Shown in pieces: positions 27,661-40,445 of a stretch of 64,000 bases of DNA (position 1 is the stretch's first letter; every line of letters begins with the position of its first letter). The stretch is taken from assembly GCA_028023455.1 (NCBI GenBank), contig JAQFVV010000003.1:124001-188000 (forward strand). Direction: 5' to 3'. The DNA is from Epiperipatus broadwayi (lineage: Eukaryota; Animalia; Onychophora). Position numbers and translations under genes: made by a program. The notes beneath the pieces are model-generated. The model searched no databases, was not told where the DNA came from, and worked only from the letters and a program-made list of their open reading frames with translations.

Positions 27661-27704
27661 CTTTAAGATCATGATTTCAAGCTATTTGCTATCATCAGTG
27701 AAAG
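27661..27704 (-). ncRNA. Type I hammerhead ribozyme, copy 1 (one stem I mismatch)
   Basis: Reverse complement reads CTTTCA-CTGATGA-T-AGC AAATA GCT-T-GAAA-TCATGA-TC-TTAAAG. Confidence 0.75.
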
Positions 27705-28056
27705 ACAGGAATTTTAGAAACTAGATCTAAACACAAACTCTGAGCGTTTATGAAACAGTTTCTATTCAGCTTGCAAGCGTGAATCTTTTAGACACGTAAT
27801 GTCTTCAAACTCAGCATAGCAATCCAGATAGCTACATGGGTCTGATCTCAGTTCAGCATCACCACATAGTAGAAGCCTCTGCAATATATATCATTGCTAG
27901 AAAGACCTCAAAGGTACATTTATGAAAAACAAAAAACAAGTTAAAAACTTGCTAACGCTTGTATTTATGTTAACAGATGGTGTTCTACCAAAAACAACCC
28001 AAAGTGTTGTTTGTTAATGTCAGAGCAAGCATTCACTATCTCTAACTTTAATTCCA

Positions 28057-28100
28057 CTTTCAGATCATGATTTCAAGCTATTTGCTATCATCAGTGAAAG
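28057..28100 (-). ncRNA. Type I hammerhead ribozyme, copy 2
   Basis: Reverse complement reads CTTTCA-CTGATGA-T-AGC AAATA GCT-T-GAAA-TCATGA-TC-TGAAAG. Confidence 0.82.
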
Positions 28101-28455
28101 ACAGGAATTTTAGAAACTAGATCTAAACACAAACTCTGAGCGTTTATGAAACAGTTTATATTCAGCTTGCAAGCGTGAATCTTTTAGACACATAATGTCT
28201 TCAAACTCAGCATAGCAAGCCAGATAGCTATATGGGTCTGATCTCAGTTCAGCATCACCACATAGTAGAAGCCTCTGCAATATATATCATTGCTAGAAAG
28301 ACTTCAAAGGTACATTTATGAAAAACAAAAAACAAGTTAAAAACTTGCTAATGCTTGTATTTATGTCAATAGATGGCATTCTACCAAAAACACCATCAAG
28401 CGTATGTTTACATAAACATCAGAGCATGCATTCACTATCTCTAACTTTAATTCCA

Positions 28456-28499
28456 CTTTCAGATCATGATTTCAAGCTATTTGCTATCATCAGTGAAAG
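28456..28499 (-). ncRNA. Type I hammerhead ribozyme, copy 3
   Basis: Same 44-nt motif as copy 2. Confidence 0.82.
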
Positions 28500-28889
28500 A
28501 CAGGAATTTTAGAAACTAGATCTAAACACAAACTCTGAGCATTTATGAAACATTTTCTATGCTTGCTCTGATGTTTATGTAAACATATGCTTGATAGTGT
28601 TTTTGGTAGAACACCATCTGTTGACATAAATACAAGCATTAGCAAGTTTTTAACTTGTTTTTTGTTTTTCATAAATGTACCTTTGAGGTCTTTCTAGCAA
28701 TGATATATATTGCAGAGGCTTCTACTATGTGGTGATGCTGAACTGAGATCAGACCCATATAGCTATCTGGCTTGCTATGCTGAGTTTGAAGACATTACGT
28801 ATCTAAAAGATTCATGCTTGCAAGCTGAATAGAAACTGTTTCATAAACGCTCAGAGTTTGTGTTTAGATCTAGTTTCTAAAATTCCTGT

Positions 28890-28933
28890 CTTTCACTGAT
28901 GATAGCAAATAGCTTGAAATCATGATCTGAAAG
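28890..28933 (+). ncRNA. Type I hammerhead ribozyme, copy 4 (in the inverted segment)
   Basis: Stem I CTTTCA/TGAAAG extends with AATTCC/GGAATT and TCTAA/TTAGA. The CUGAUGA core and GAAA are intact and stem III is the palindrome ATCATGAT. Predicted cleavage is after C28927 (AUC). Confidence 0.82.
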
Positions 28934-31900
28934 TGGAATTAAAGTTAGAGATAGTGAATGCTTGCTCTGACGTTTATGTAAACATACGCTTGACAGTGTT
29001 TTTGGTAGAACACCATCTGTTGACATAAATACAAGCGTTAGCAAGTTTTTAACTTGTTTTTTGTTTTTCATATATATATATAATGTTGATATAATTCCAT
29101 GACTAATCTATAGTTAAAATGCAAATATGATAAATTGTTATCTAGTTATTTTTATAGTTTATAGTGAACTGAAGAGTGTATAATTTTAATTTTGAATTGA
29201 AAAATTTGTAATTTGTTGCCATTTGTTTCTTTAATTTGTTATTAGTTTTGTTAATAAGAACGTTCTTAATTACTAATAGCTTATTAAATTATATTTCTGC
29301 TTAATTGTTTAAATTTAATTAGAATTTTTGTAATTTTTTTTATGATTAGTATTATTTTTTAATATAAATAATCTATATTTTATTGAATATATTATTTTAA
29401 ATTACTTTCATAAAATTTCAATTTTCAGTATGATTTTATATGGGGGTAAAAGTAATGAAAAGCTTTCTCTATATATGTATATTGTTTTTCAAATATATAT
29501 ACAAATGCTGATTTTTAATTGTTTCTGTGTTTATTTTTATTAAACATAGATATTAGATTAAAATATGCATCAACCCATGATGTAAATTGCATTTCATTTG
29601 CATTTAGATATTATTTACATCATCAAGAAATTGAGATGCATATTTGATCTCAGCTGCATAATTTGCATCAGTAGCTTGCCATAATTCAGAAACAATTAAT
29701 ATTTTTATAAGGCGAATTTTAACTTTTAAGAGTGATCATAAAAATATTCCAAAATATTAAATTAGAAAAATGGAGAGGATATTTTTATTGTCCCATCATT
29801 TATTTTTTGGTTTGGAAAAATGTTAATTATATAAATTCTAATATCATTGTGGCAGTAGAAAGTTTATATATCCTGTTGAAAATAAATTTCATTAAAATCT
29901 ATAAATAACATATTTCCATGATTTCTGATGTTGGAATATGTAGCAACAATAATATTTATTTTAGAAAATCAGTATAATATTAAACCTTCATGAAATCGAT
30001 ATAATGTAATTTTGAAAAAAAAACTGCAGATCATTTTAACTATATCTGAAATTGTGTAATCTATAAAACATTATGATTATTTAGATTGGTATCCAGGCAA
30101 TAATTTTTTTAATAGCAGTGCTAAATTCTTAACATATTAATCCATAACAAAAACTGATAAAACTATAAATATATAAAATCACATTTCAAATAAATTATTA
30201 TTATGAGTGATGTAGTTTTAGTTGCAAAAAATCTAGCACTATTGGTAAATAACATGACCTAGATAATAGTCTATTGATTATGGCTTCCAGTTTCAGAAAT
30301 CTGCTTACCTATATCTAAATCATCTAAAATCATTATGATTGAAGATTTATTTTGATTATTATAAAATTGATAATTGAAGATTGTAATACACTTAAAATAT
30401 TTAACCAAAAATAATCATCAACTAGCAAGATGCAAAATTAATTTTAATAAAAAATATTCTATAACTGTATATTTCCAGTTATCTTCTTTTATTTTCTGAG
30501 TCTTAATTATAATATATATCAATAGATAATCCTATTTTTTATAATGACTTTTCTACTAAAACAAATTATTGTTGTAATCAATGTATTATGATAAAAACAG
30601 GACATTTGAGTCCCCAGATTCAATACCATTCTTTGAAATATCTTGTGGGTCAGAAAAATGTCCAAAACTAAAAAAAAGGTATTACTCCATCATCTAATAA
30701 TTATTAAATATTTTTTTTAAAAATTCAAACTTTATTTATACTTTTTTAAATTCATTCATTTATTAATTATTATATGTATATTAACAAAGAACACAGTTGT
30801 TAAAGGGTAGAATTCGTTTTTCTTTTTTAAAGATTGCTAGTCTGACCTATGAAAAGTTAGGTGGGAATTGATTTGTGATTTTTAGATTTATAAATATTGA
30901 AGATGATGCTCTAACCAATTAAGATATTTAACAAAAATAGAAATTAATCATTATTTTGTAAGAGAATAATATAATGAAAAAATATTGAATTATCAACATG
31001 GATATGATGATCCAGGTGTTTTATGTCTTTAGCTTCCTGAAAGGATTGTTCATAAAATGCTTGCATAATAAGAGAGGGTGATCTGAATTCTTATGATAGT
31101 GAATAGTTGATACAGTAAGTTTTGACATAAGAATGTGCTAATAAAAATTAAAAAGATTTGCATATACCTGAGCTAATCTTAGCAATCTTGTTTGGTGTAT
31201 AATTTAAATACCTTCTCATATGTTTTAAGTTACCAGGTGTTCTGGAGATTTAAAAAAAAAACATTTGTTTAACTATGCTAGAATAACAGCCATAATTCCT
31301 TATATGAGTAGAGTTTGTGATGTATTTATTTTACAATAGATCTATAATTACATGATTATAATAAAATACTATATTTTAACAGCTCTTACAATATTAAGTA
31401 TGAACAATATAAAGCCAAAAAATTATAATTTTTACCATTACTCCTACACCCTTCCATGGCAAATATTACAAATTTGAAATGAAGTATGTAATTAATAATT
31501 AAATGAACAAAGATTATTCCAATTATCAGAATGACAATCCATTTTCTAAATATTGAGAAATGCTACTCAATGTAGAAAATACATTAATTTTTCTGATAAC
31601 AACAATTACAGATCTAATAATCATCAATACACAAGTGAACAATTATGGTTTATGTAGAAATCCAATGGCTATACCAGAATAAAAGTGTAAAAATTAAAAA
31701 AAAAATACATTTAATATATATTTACTCATTTCTAATCAGGATGTAAAAAACCTATTTAATAAAGTTAAATAAAATAACATTGATTTAATACTCTAACTCA
31801 ATATATTTATATTAACTGTATTTAATATTTATTTCTACTGCAAGGAGAATACATAAACACAATTTTTAGTACATCAATCATATGCAGTGGAATTAAATAC

Positions 31901-33337
31901 TATTATTATATTATTCATGAACTAAACAATGTGTATACCATGATTAATTATATAATAAAGCATTAAATTTCAATATACAATAATTTGTTCTCAGGATGGA
32001 ACACTTGTTCAACTATATATTTTCTATTGTTTATGCAGTTTAAATATTATGTTTATATCAATACTACTTTTGAGTTTATTTATGTATGTGATTACTTGTT
32101 ATTAGTATAATAGCACTAATATTAGATTTTATCTGACACTGTCTGGGCAATAAAAGTGATTCACTGGCTGTTGTCAGATATTCTAATAACAAAATAGAGT
32201 ACATATTTCAGATCATATTATTTAGCTGTTATTTTACCTAATAAAAAATTTAAGAATCTGAATAAAAAGTTTGTGTTTCTAGATGACTAATTTGACAATT
32301 TTTGGTTTCTATCAAGATTCTTTACAAAGCTTTTTAAATATGTATGAAAGATTTGTTATTTTATTATCTTCATTAAATAAAATCAGATTTATTTTAGAAT
32401 ATTAATGAACTCTTTGTGTGTAACATTCAGAAATTTTTTTAGTGCTGTTGATGACAGACCTGACAATGAACTACATAGGCTTCAAAAACATCAAATACCT
32501 AGGATTTAAACACATTGCCAATATTTGATTGGTTGTGAAAATTGTTTCAGTAATATAATGCTTTAAAATATAAATAATTTTATCACTTTTTTATATATGA
32601 GTTGTAAAAAAACTACCATATTTCCACTTAACTTTACTAAATATTATTAGGAATTGTTTATCATTATAAAATCCTAAAATATGTAAATAAATACATTTAA
32701 TCTTGGATGTAAATCCTTTTTGTTAAATCTAATAAAATGAAGTCATTTTACTTCAAAACATTAATATATGTAAACAAATTAAAGTATGGGTCATTTTCAT
32801 GTAAATTAGCTTCAAATATGTTTCAGCAGGGATGTTGCTAGAGAAACTATTAATCATCAGAAACTATCAATCATCATTGATAATTCCCAATGCTAAACCA
32901 CTTTTTTTACTCTATTATGCACTAATAGTTTTTTTTTATTAGAAGTTTAATTAAAAATAAAAGTGTATCTCCTTTGTTTCTAATTCAAGTTGTTGTAGGG
33001 ATTTAAACCTAGAAGATTTTTACAAACATCAAAATTTAGAAGATCATAATTTCTTTAAATATCCTTTGAATAGTATTCCATCTCCTCCAGAGAGTTATAT
33101 ATGTTTGATGCTTATAAATATAACTTTGTTGGTTTACTTGGGTTAGAAATAGAATAAGTCTAGTTTTAATTCTAATTAAACCTATGATTAAAAAAACTAT
33201 TAGTGACAATAGAGTAAAAAAGAGGTCTAGCCTTGGGAACTATCAGTAGCGATTAACAGTTTCTTAGAATATCATTGCTAAAACACTGTTTGAAGCCAAG
33301 GACTACACCTTTTAATTTATTTACATTATAGATTTTT

Positions 33338-33519
33338 CAGCATTAAACTGTTGCACATGCGCTTTGATTTTAACTATAAAATGAATGAATATAAACACTT
33401 CAAACACATGATAAAGTCTTTGGAAATCTTTTCCAAAGACTTTATTATGTGTTTGAAGTGTTTGTATTCATTCATTTTATAGTTAAGATCCAAAGCGCAT
33501 GTGCAACAGTTTAATGCTG
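33338..33519. repeat. Near-perfect 182-bp palindrome (MITE-like fold-back)
   Basis: Arms of about 89 bp (CAGCATTAAACTGTTGCACATGCGCTTTG... / ...CAAAGCGCATGTGCAACAGTTTAATGCTG) with a 3-nt loop TCT at 33427-33429. Confidence 0.9.
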
Positions 33520-36500
33520 TTTAAAATATTACAGTTTGTAAAAAAACATCGCGCTATATAAAATAGTTGACTTATTATAGATTCTTGTAAAAATTCAAAT
33601 CTAATATCAATATATATATATATATATATATGATAAATAATTATTTAGATGGCTTACAGATATAAAAGTATATTTTACAGATTCATTCAAGTATATTTGA
33701 GCCAGATCACAATTGTTGATATTTCATTTAAAGATAAAATCAGACAAACCATCAAGGTTTTCAAAAGGTTAAATATATTAATAAATATAATGATATATAT
33801 GAGTTATCATTTATTTGGAGAAAAAAATTAAAAGTCATCACCTAAATTGCTTTTTTTTGCCTATGTGAATTTTATATTAAATTATTCACCTACTATTATA
33901 TTCTCTCCTCAAACATATTACATTTTTTTTATTTGACTGAATAGACCATTTACTTTGTTTCTTTAATACTTGTAGCCCATCTCCAATATTTTAATGCTTT
34001 CAGATTTTAACATTTTCCCACCATTTTCTAATGGAAATTTGAGTTTAATAGATTAACATTTTAATTTTGGCATTAATATATTTATTCAATAAATTGAATC
34101 AATAAACTGGTCTTGATTTATTAAGAATATAACTTTACAAATGAAAAACGTTCTTTAAAAATCATATTTGAGCTTTCCAAATATAAAGCAATAATAAATA
34201 ATTTGTAATACATAAGAAAATGAATATTTTTAACTGCCTATTGAAAAAAGCAAAGTAATGAAATTTTTGTTGAATGAATGAATTCCATTTTTAAACATGA
34301 AAAAATAATTATAAAGCCATTATAGAGCTATAGAATTCTGTTTTAAAATTTGCATTCATATTTATTAAATTATTACAAAAATTAAATGCTAGGTTTTTAG
34401 ACAGTGAATAGTGATCATAGTTTTTTTGTCATTACTTCAAATTTTTTAACTTGTGTTTTTAAAAATGAAACATGCTTTTTTAAAAAATCTAAGTATATAC
34501 AATATATTTCTTTTTTAATAATTTCTATATAAATATTAAGCAAAAATAATTATATATATTTAAATAAACTATGAAGTTATGCAATTTTTTTCTCATTACT
34601 AACAACCACGAAAAAAGATTTTTACAATATGCCCAATATAAAAAATTTATCAATCATGGACTTTTTAAACTTTTATTGACTCATTTGTATTTTTCTCTGT
34701 TGGTTATTGACATCTTCAGACTTTTTAAACTAATAAATCATTATTTACTTTATTATCAAATGAATATTAATACAGGCAAAAATGATACTGAAAATAGCCA
34801 CAAAAGAATGGTTTAAAGCCAAAGTATTGTGGCTTCATCACAGTCTTTCATGAAGTGGTGATTATAATTGTTAGCAAGTTAAATATAATTATTTCTTAGC
34901 CAAATGGTAGCAGATGGAATTCAGTCAAATGTTTATACAATATTACCATTAATTATACAAGGATAAACCTGGAACAAATCTTGAAATATATATCACATGA
35001 TTAGTGCATCAACCAGCCATATTCATAGCTTTGTGTTAGAACAGGGCTGAATCATAACATGATCATCATCCACAACACTAATAGTGATCATAATATATTA
35101 AATTTCTTTGTTTATGATTAATTTCATTTAACAGATATTTTTTAAAAATGCTTTTAGATATACACTATATTAATATTACATTTTAAGTCTGTTGTATTAT
35201 AAAGAATACTATACTTTTTAGAAGTAGTATTTTGCTTTGCTCATAGTCCTCAGCATTCTGTGAGCCTTTTTGCTTAAGTTGAATTTTATATAAAAAATAC
35301 TTTTTCTATGTGGATGTTTACCATTAGCCATGAAGCAGATATGAAATCATGTTTAAACAAATAAAATAAACAGAGATATTATGATAGCATTAAATGCATA
35401 CAAATAAATTTTATATTAGTTTCTAACATTTTTATATAGCATTAAAATTATTTTAATTTTTTTCTAATAACATCTATTAAAAGCTTAGATAATCAATAAC
35501 CATAAGATAATATAGTGCAATTTCTGTCTCTTATCATCACCAATAAAAAAATGGATTCAAAATCGAAATTATTGCACTTATGCATCTAGTAGCTACTTTT
35601 TATCCCATTATACTATTCAAACTAATAGCCTGAAGTTCAAAAAATACTCTTTGTTTTAAATCCAAGCTAATTTGCAGCACATTTATATAAATCTGTTACT
35701 ACATTAATTTATGCATATTTTAGAGATCTTAGCTGTAGGTTACTTTGAACCTTTGAACTAACATTAATATCAATAAAAATATCATGTGACTTTCTCATAC
35801 TTTTATGTTTACAAAAGCAGTTATTATCACTTTACTCTAAACTCAACTGCTATAAGCTTCAGTAATCAGGTGGAAAAAATAATATGATATTATTGTTAAT
35901 GTTAAAAATTGTTTATGTAAATCTACATTTAGATATGTAGAGTTCATGTAAGTAAAATATTACTTATATTCACTCTGTTTTATAGCCATTTATTTTAAAT
36001 CTGAGTAACACTACATAAAAGTTTTAATCATTTCTCCAGTAGAAAAAACAACAACTAACATCCATTGATTATTCAGGCTCATAGTAAATGGTTTTAATTA
36101 CTGGTCTTAAAAAGCATATGCCAATTTTAAGATCATGTCATTTTTTTTATTGATGCATGTGTATTATTAAATTTTCATAAATTCTCAAACTTTTGGATGA
36201 AGCATTGTACTTAGCTATTTTATACCAAACTTAATGCTAATAATAAATCTTAAAAATGAATGACAAGTTCTTGCAGTATCCAGATTTCTGCAGTAAGTTA
36301 CTTTATTAAGACTGGCTGCAATATTATCATGATATTATCTTTGTGTATATTATTTCCAGAGATCTTATTAACCATGTTAACATTCTCTTTCTTTGAATTT
36401 ATTATACATCATTGTTATCCTAATTACTATTCTTTCTGTCCCAATATACAATCAAATAATTTTATTGGTACTACAGTTTTTTCTTATTTATATAAATAGA

Positions 36501-37249
36501 GAATAATAAAATATCATAAACCTTTTTTGCCCTTTTTATTTCTATAATGTGTCTTATTATTGTTATTATGTACAGTTTTGACTGTTTATTAGTTTCCATC
36601 AGGCTCTTAAGCTGCCATTTAATTAAGTCATCTCTTTTCTAATTAGAAAGTTATTTGAAACTCCAAGTAAAGATATTAGTCAGAAAAAAGTATGAACAAT
36701 AACAATAAAAAGAACTTTGCAAGAATAAAATTATACATTAAAACAATATAAAATAAGTTAGATGTTCAATTTAATAAAAGCTGATAGTAACAATATTCTA
36801 TCTTTATATTTAAAATTTTTATTGACAACATATTATATATAAATATTAACATATTTACAATAACGTATGTTACATAGACAAATATATTATAAAACTACAA
36901 TTATAATGGTAAAAGCAATACAATAAGTTGCTTAACTTCATTGATGAATGTTCCAAATTTAAAGAGTGTCATACTCTAATATTGCATAAACATGATGACT
37001 AAACTGATAATGAGTCCAGGTATTTATTTTCAAAAATGAAATCTGATGGGGAAGTATTAATGATGGTAAAGGTTTAAGCTATGAGAGTGCACAACTGAAG
37101 TATATTGTAGATTGTAAAATTTTGGACATGATGATCCTGGGTAAAAATTTGAGAAAGTATGGACAGGAATTGAATGATTCTTTGTTATTTCTTTGGAGTA
37201 CATTGTATTTTTTATTGTCAAATTTTTTGGAGAAGCATGTAATCCACAT

Positions 37250-38900
37250 GATTAATAGTGTGCAAATAATTACAGATGTTAAATCACTTAACATTGCACG
37301 ATCACCATTTTTGTACATATATAAGCTGAAAACATAGAAGCAAAATTCTCAATAAAGTAGTGTCACTCAGTGCAAGACAGGGGAATCAATGGATGCAGAA
37401 AGATTTAAGCATAAATCCTTTTCTAGTGCCTAATCATCTAATTATACACTGAGTATTGCTACTATGTGGAGAGTTTTGCCTCTGTAAATTAAATATATGT
37501 TATAGGGTTGAAAGTATTTTATATATTTTTTGAGAAATTGCTTGAAGTTGATTGTATGCTTATAAAACATTAATAGGTAAAGAATTGAGAAATATGGACA
37601 AGTTAATAAAAGGTATAGCATTTTTTTCTAAATAATTATTAAAAAAACACATGTAGATTCAAGATTAAGCTTGAATTGGACATTAAGAAACATTTTAGTT
37701 GGAATTGTACCCTGTAATAAATTAAAAATAAAATTTAATCATGATTGAAGAGCACAAAGATTTTTTAACTTACTTAGATGTCTGGATAAATAAACCATTC
37801 TATTTAAATCTTTAAATGATATATCAATGAGATTTGATATTATACTAGTCTAATAGATTAGCATGCTCAATGGCATGATCTGTGAAAAAGGGTCATTTGA
37901 CATATAAAATTGAAACAAGCATTGGTATTGCAGGGGGTGGGGGTGTTATGTATTGTATTAATAAGTGCTGCAATATACATTTTAGATCGAATATAAATTA
38001 CAAAAGATTTGGGACATATCAAATTAAGCTTACCACATTTATAGTCTATAGTAGGTAAGTAATCCATTAAGAATTGCATTTATTATTCAAACCCATGAAG
38101 AAAGATGGTAGTTTACAGACTATAAATAAGAGCCACAATGATGACTTTAAAGTTGAACCATAGAATAAGTTGAAGTTTGGAATTTATGTAAAAGTATTCA
38201 GAATAATGAAAATGTTTTGGAGGCTTCTAAATATTATCAGGACATCATCAATGAAGAATAGGATTTGGATGATGAAGATGGAAAAGATTTTCAAGGTATT
38301 GCTCAATTTCTTTAATCATGGAATTTATATAAAATTGCAAATAGTATAACACCAGTGATGAGCCCTATGGAATATCATGACTAAGTTTGAAAAAGGTTGG
38401 CAGATGAATATAATTCTTCAGTTTAATTGATCTATTAGTAATGTAGTTCTGGATAGCAATCATCAGATTGTTTTGTTGGATAGAGTTTGTGCAATGCAAT
38501 GCAAATATATTTCCAATTGACTAGATCAAAAGCTGTCATTAAGTCAACTTGGCATGCAATGTAAACTGTAAGTTGGTTCTCTTTGGCAAAGAGATTAATT
38601 CTTGTATTAAAAAAATAGCTTGAGAATCATTGTGATATTTTACAGTATAATGTGAAGTTGGTAGTTTTGGCAGAATAAGTGCATTCAGTTTTTTTAGAAT
38701 TATTTTTACAAAATTTTTTTGATCAATATTCTCAAGTTTAGTAAGACACAAGTTATTTACAGAGGGGTATATTGTATTTGGTTTTTTTTCCTAGACAAAA
38801 TATTACATTGGTGGAAAGGTGGAAAATGTTAAAATTAATCAAGCAGAGTTTATTGTAGTATTTATGTAGAATAGGAATTATGATATAATCAAGTTGTCTT
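37250..38900 (-). mobile_element. Decayed Penelope-like element (RT plus GIY-YIG)
   Basis: On the minus strand, in PLE order: TPL*ITC, LPTSHYTVK..DS, LMTAFDLVN (SFDV-like), DIP*GSSL, FFIDDVLII, SNDPFS, ISQKIYKIL, IH*FPC...YFIE. Confidence 0.6.
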
Positions 38901-39664
38901 TACACATTAACTGGAATAAGATCTGAAGTTAAAAAGATGTTCCAAAATACATGATTTCATGGTATATTTGTTGTTCTGTAATAAAATTTTCTTGAGGAGA
39001 TTGTCGTACTGTAGTGAATAGTAAACAGATATTGATTAGATGATTTTAGACTAGATTTTAGGTGCTCAAAAATTTCCATGTCAGCATTTGTTACAGAAAG
39101 AGAGTATCATCTTTTGATAAAATAGAATTCTAAAAGTTTGAGATGAATTTGATCTTGCATAACTTACAGTAATTCTTCCATCTAGTTGTAAAGTATGATC
39201 AACTGGCTTGCTTCAATTTTCAGTTTACAGATAAAAGCTTTGGCATTGATCATTTGCAAGATAGTTTGCAAGATTGTATCTCTGTTTTAAAATGCTGTTT
39301 TATGAGATTATTTAAGCAATTTCTTGTTAATTGATTGGAGCAACAGTTGTTAAATTTTTTTTTTTAAGATTAAACCAAATTTCATCTTAAAAATGGTACT
39401 GCAAATGATGATAGTAATAATCTGCAATGATTGGATTTGAAAAGTTACCTGTTTAATTTAAATTCTATACGATTCTGTTTTTTTAAAAATAAACTTATAG
39501 AGGCTGTACTATTATTTTGCTATTTATTATATTTAGTGGGTATTTTGGTGATGCATTTTTAAAGATTTTACTTATTGTTTGTTGTATATTTTAGAGCCTC
39601 ATAGAGTTAATACTCTCTGAAACAGCATTACTAACAATGTTTGATAAAGACTAGTATTTCTATA

Positions 39665-40445
39665 ATCACTCTAACCAAATCATAATGCTCAAGTTAATCT
39701 GAAAAGTTAGAAAAATGAAACAAATAAGAAAGTCCTAAATGCACTGACACAGCTTTCAGAAGATTGCTGCCAGAATTATAGTGCTGAATGGAAGTGTGCA
39801 TTAGGGATATACATTTATACTAATGAAGTCCAATATGGAAATTAGGCACAGTATGTGATTAATATATTCCATTGTTTTGATAAATTGCAATAACTGAAGC
39901 CTCTCTACATGTTCTAAACACATATTGTTCTTTACATTGAAGAGAGAAAAGATGTGTCCTGTAGCAACCTCATGATTGAAAAAAAATCTATATTCATGAT
40001 TTAATTTAGCTTTTGTTATATAAATACATGTGCTAGGTGATTCTCATTGATCCGCTAATGTGAGATTTACCATAATACATGGAGATGAAGGATGGGGCAG
40101 GGCATGAAATTTTATATATGACCTGAGGAACATGTTTGGCAGGTAGTCTGTCTTTTGTATTTTTTAAAAGGTTGTTAAGGGAGGGAGCAATATGAAACTA
40201 ACTCCAAGAAAAGATTCCTGTATTCCATTATCAAAAAATGAAATGCCTAATTTACATCCTGTGCCAAACTTACTTATTGGACTTCACTACTATAAATACA
40301 TATTCCTAATGGTCCAATTCTATTCAGAACTATGATTCTGGGAATCTGCAAAAAGCTGGCTCAGTGCATTTAAGACTTTCTTATTAGTTTTATTTTTATA
40401 CCTTTTCAGATTAACTTGAACAATTACAAGTTGGTTAGAGTTACA
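39665..40445 (-). mobile_element. Old Penelope-like fragment: GIY-YIG relic between inverted arms
   Basis: Minus strand 40170-39900 reads NTKDRLPAKHVPQVIYKISCP...MYYGKS...RIT*H and NHEVATGHIFSLFNVK. About 39665-39885 and 40225-40445 are diverged inverted repeats. Confidence 0.75.

Larger units (their letters stand above)
27569..29070. mobile_element. Tandem ~397-bp hammerhead-bearing repeat array (non-LTR retrozyme-like) with an inverted segment
   Basis: Direct units start at 27569, 27968 and 28364 (the last is partial, to ~28558). 28559-29070 is the reverse complement of ~27923-28431. (TA)n lies on both flanks. Confidence 0.85.

Noticed and set aside
28318-29071. Repeated 60-64-aa ORFs (MKNKKQVKNLL...) in the 397-bp units
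   Set aside because: They have no recognisable domain, are broken by an indel in one unit, and lie antisense to the ribozyme. They are by-products of the repeat.
33470-33510. GATCCAAAGCGC resembling the PLE hammerhead 3' half; a similar weak case lies near 36960-36990
   Set aside because: No core or stem I could be assigned.
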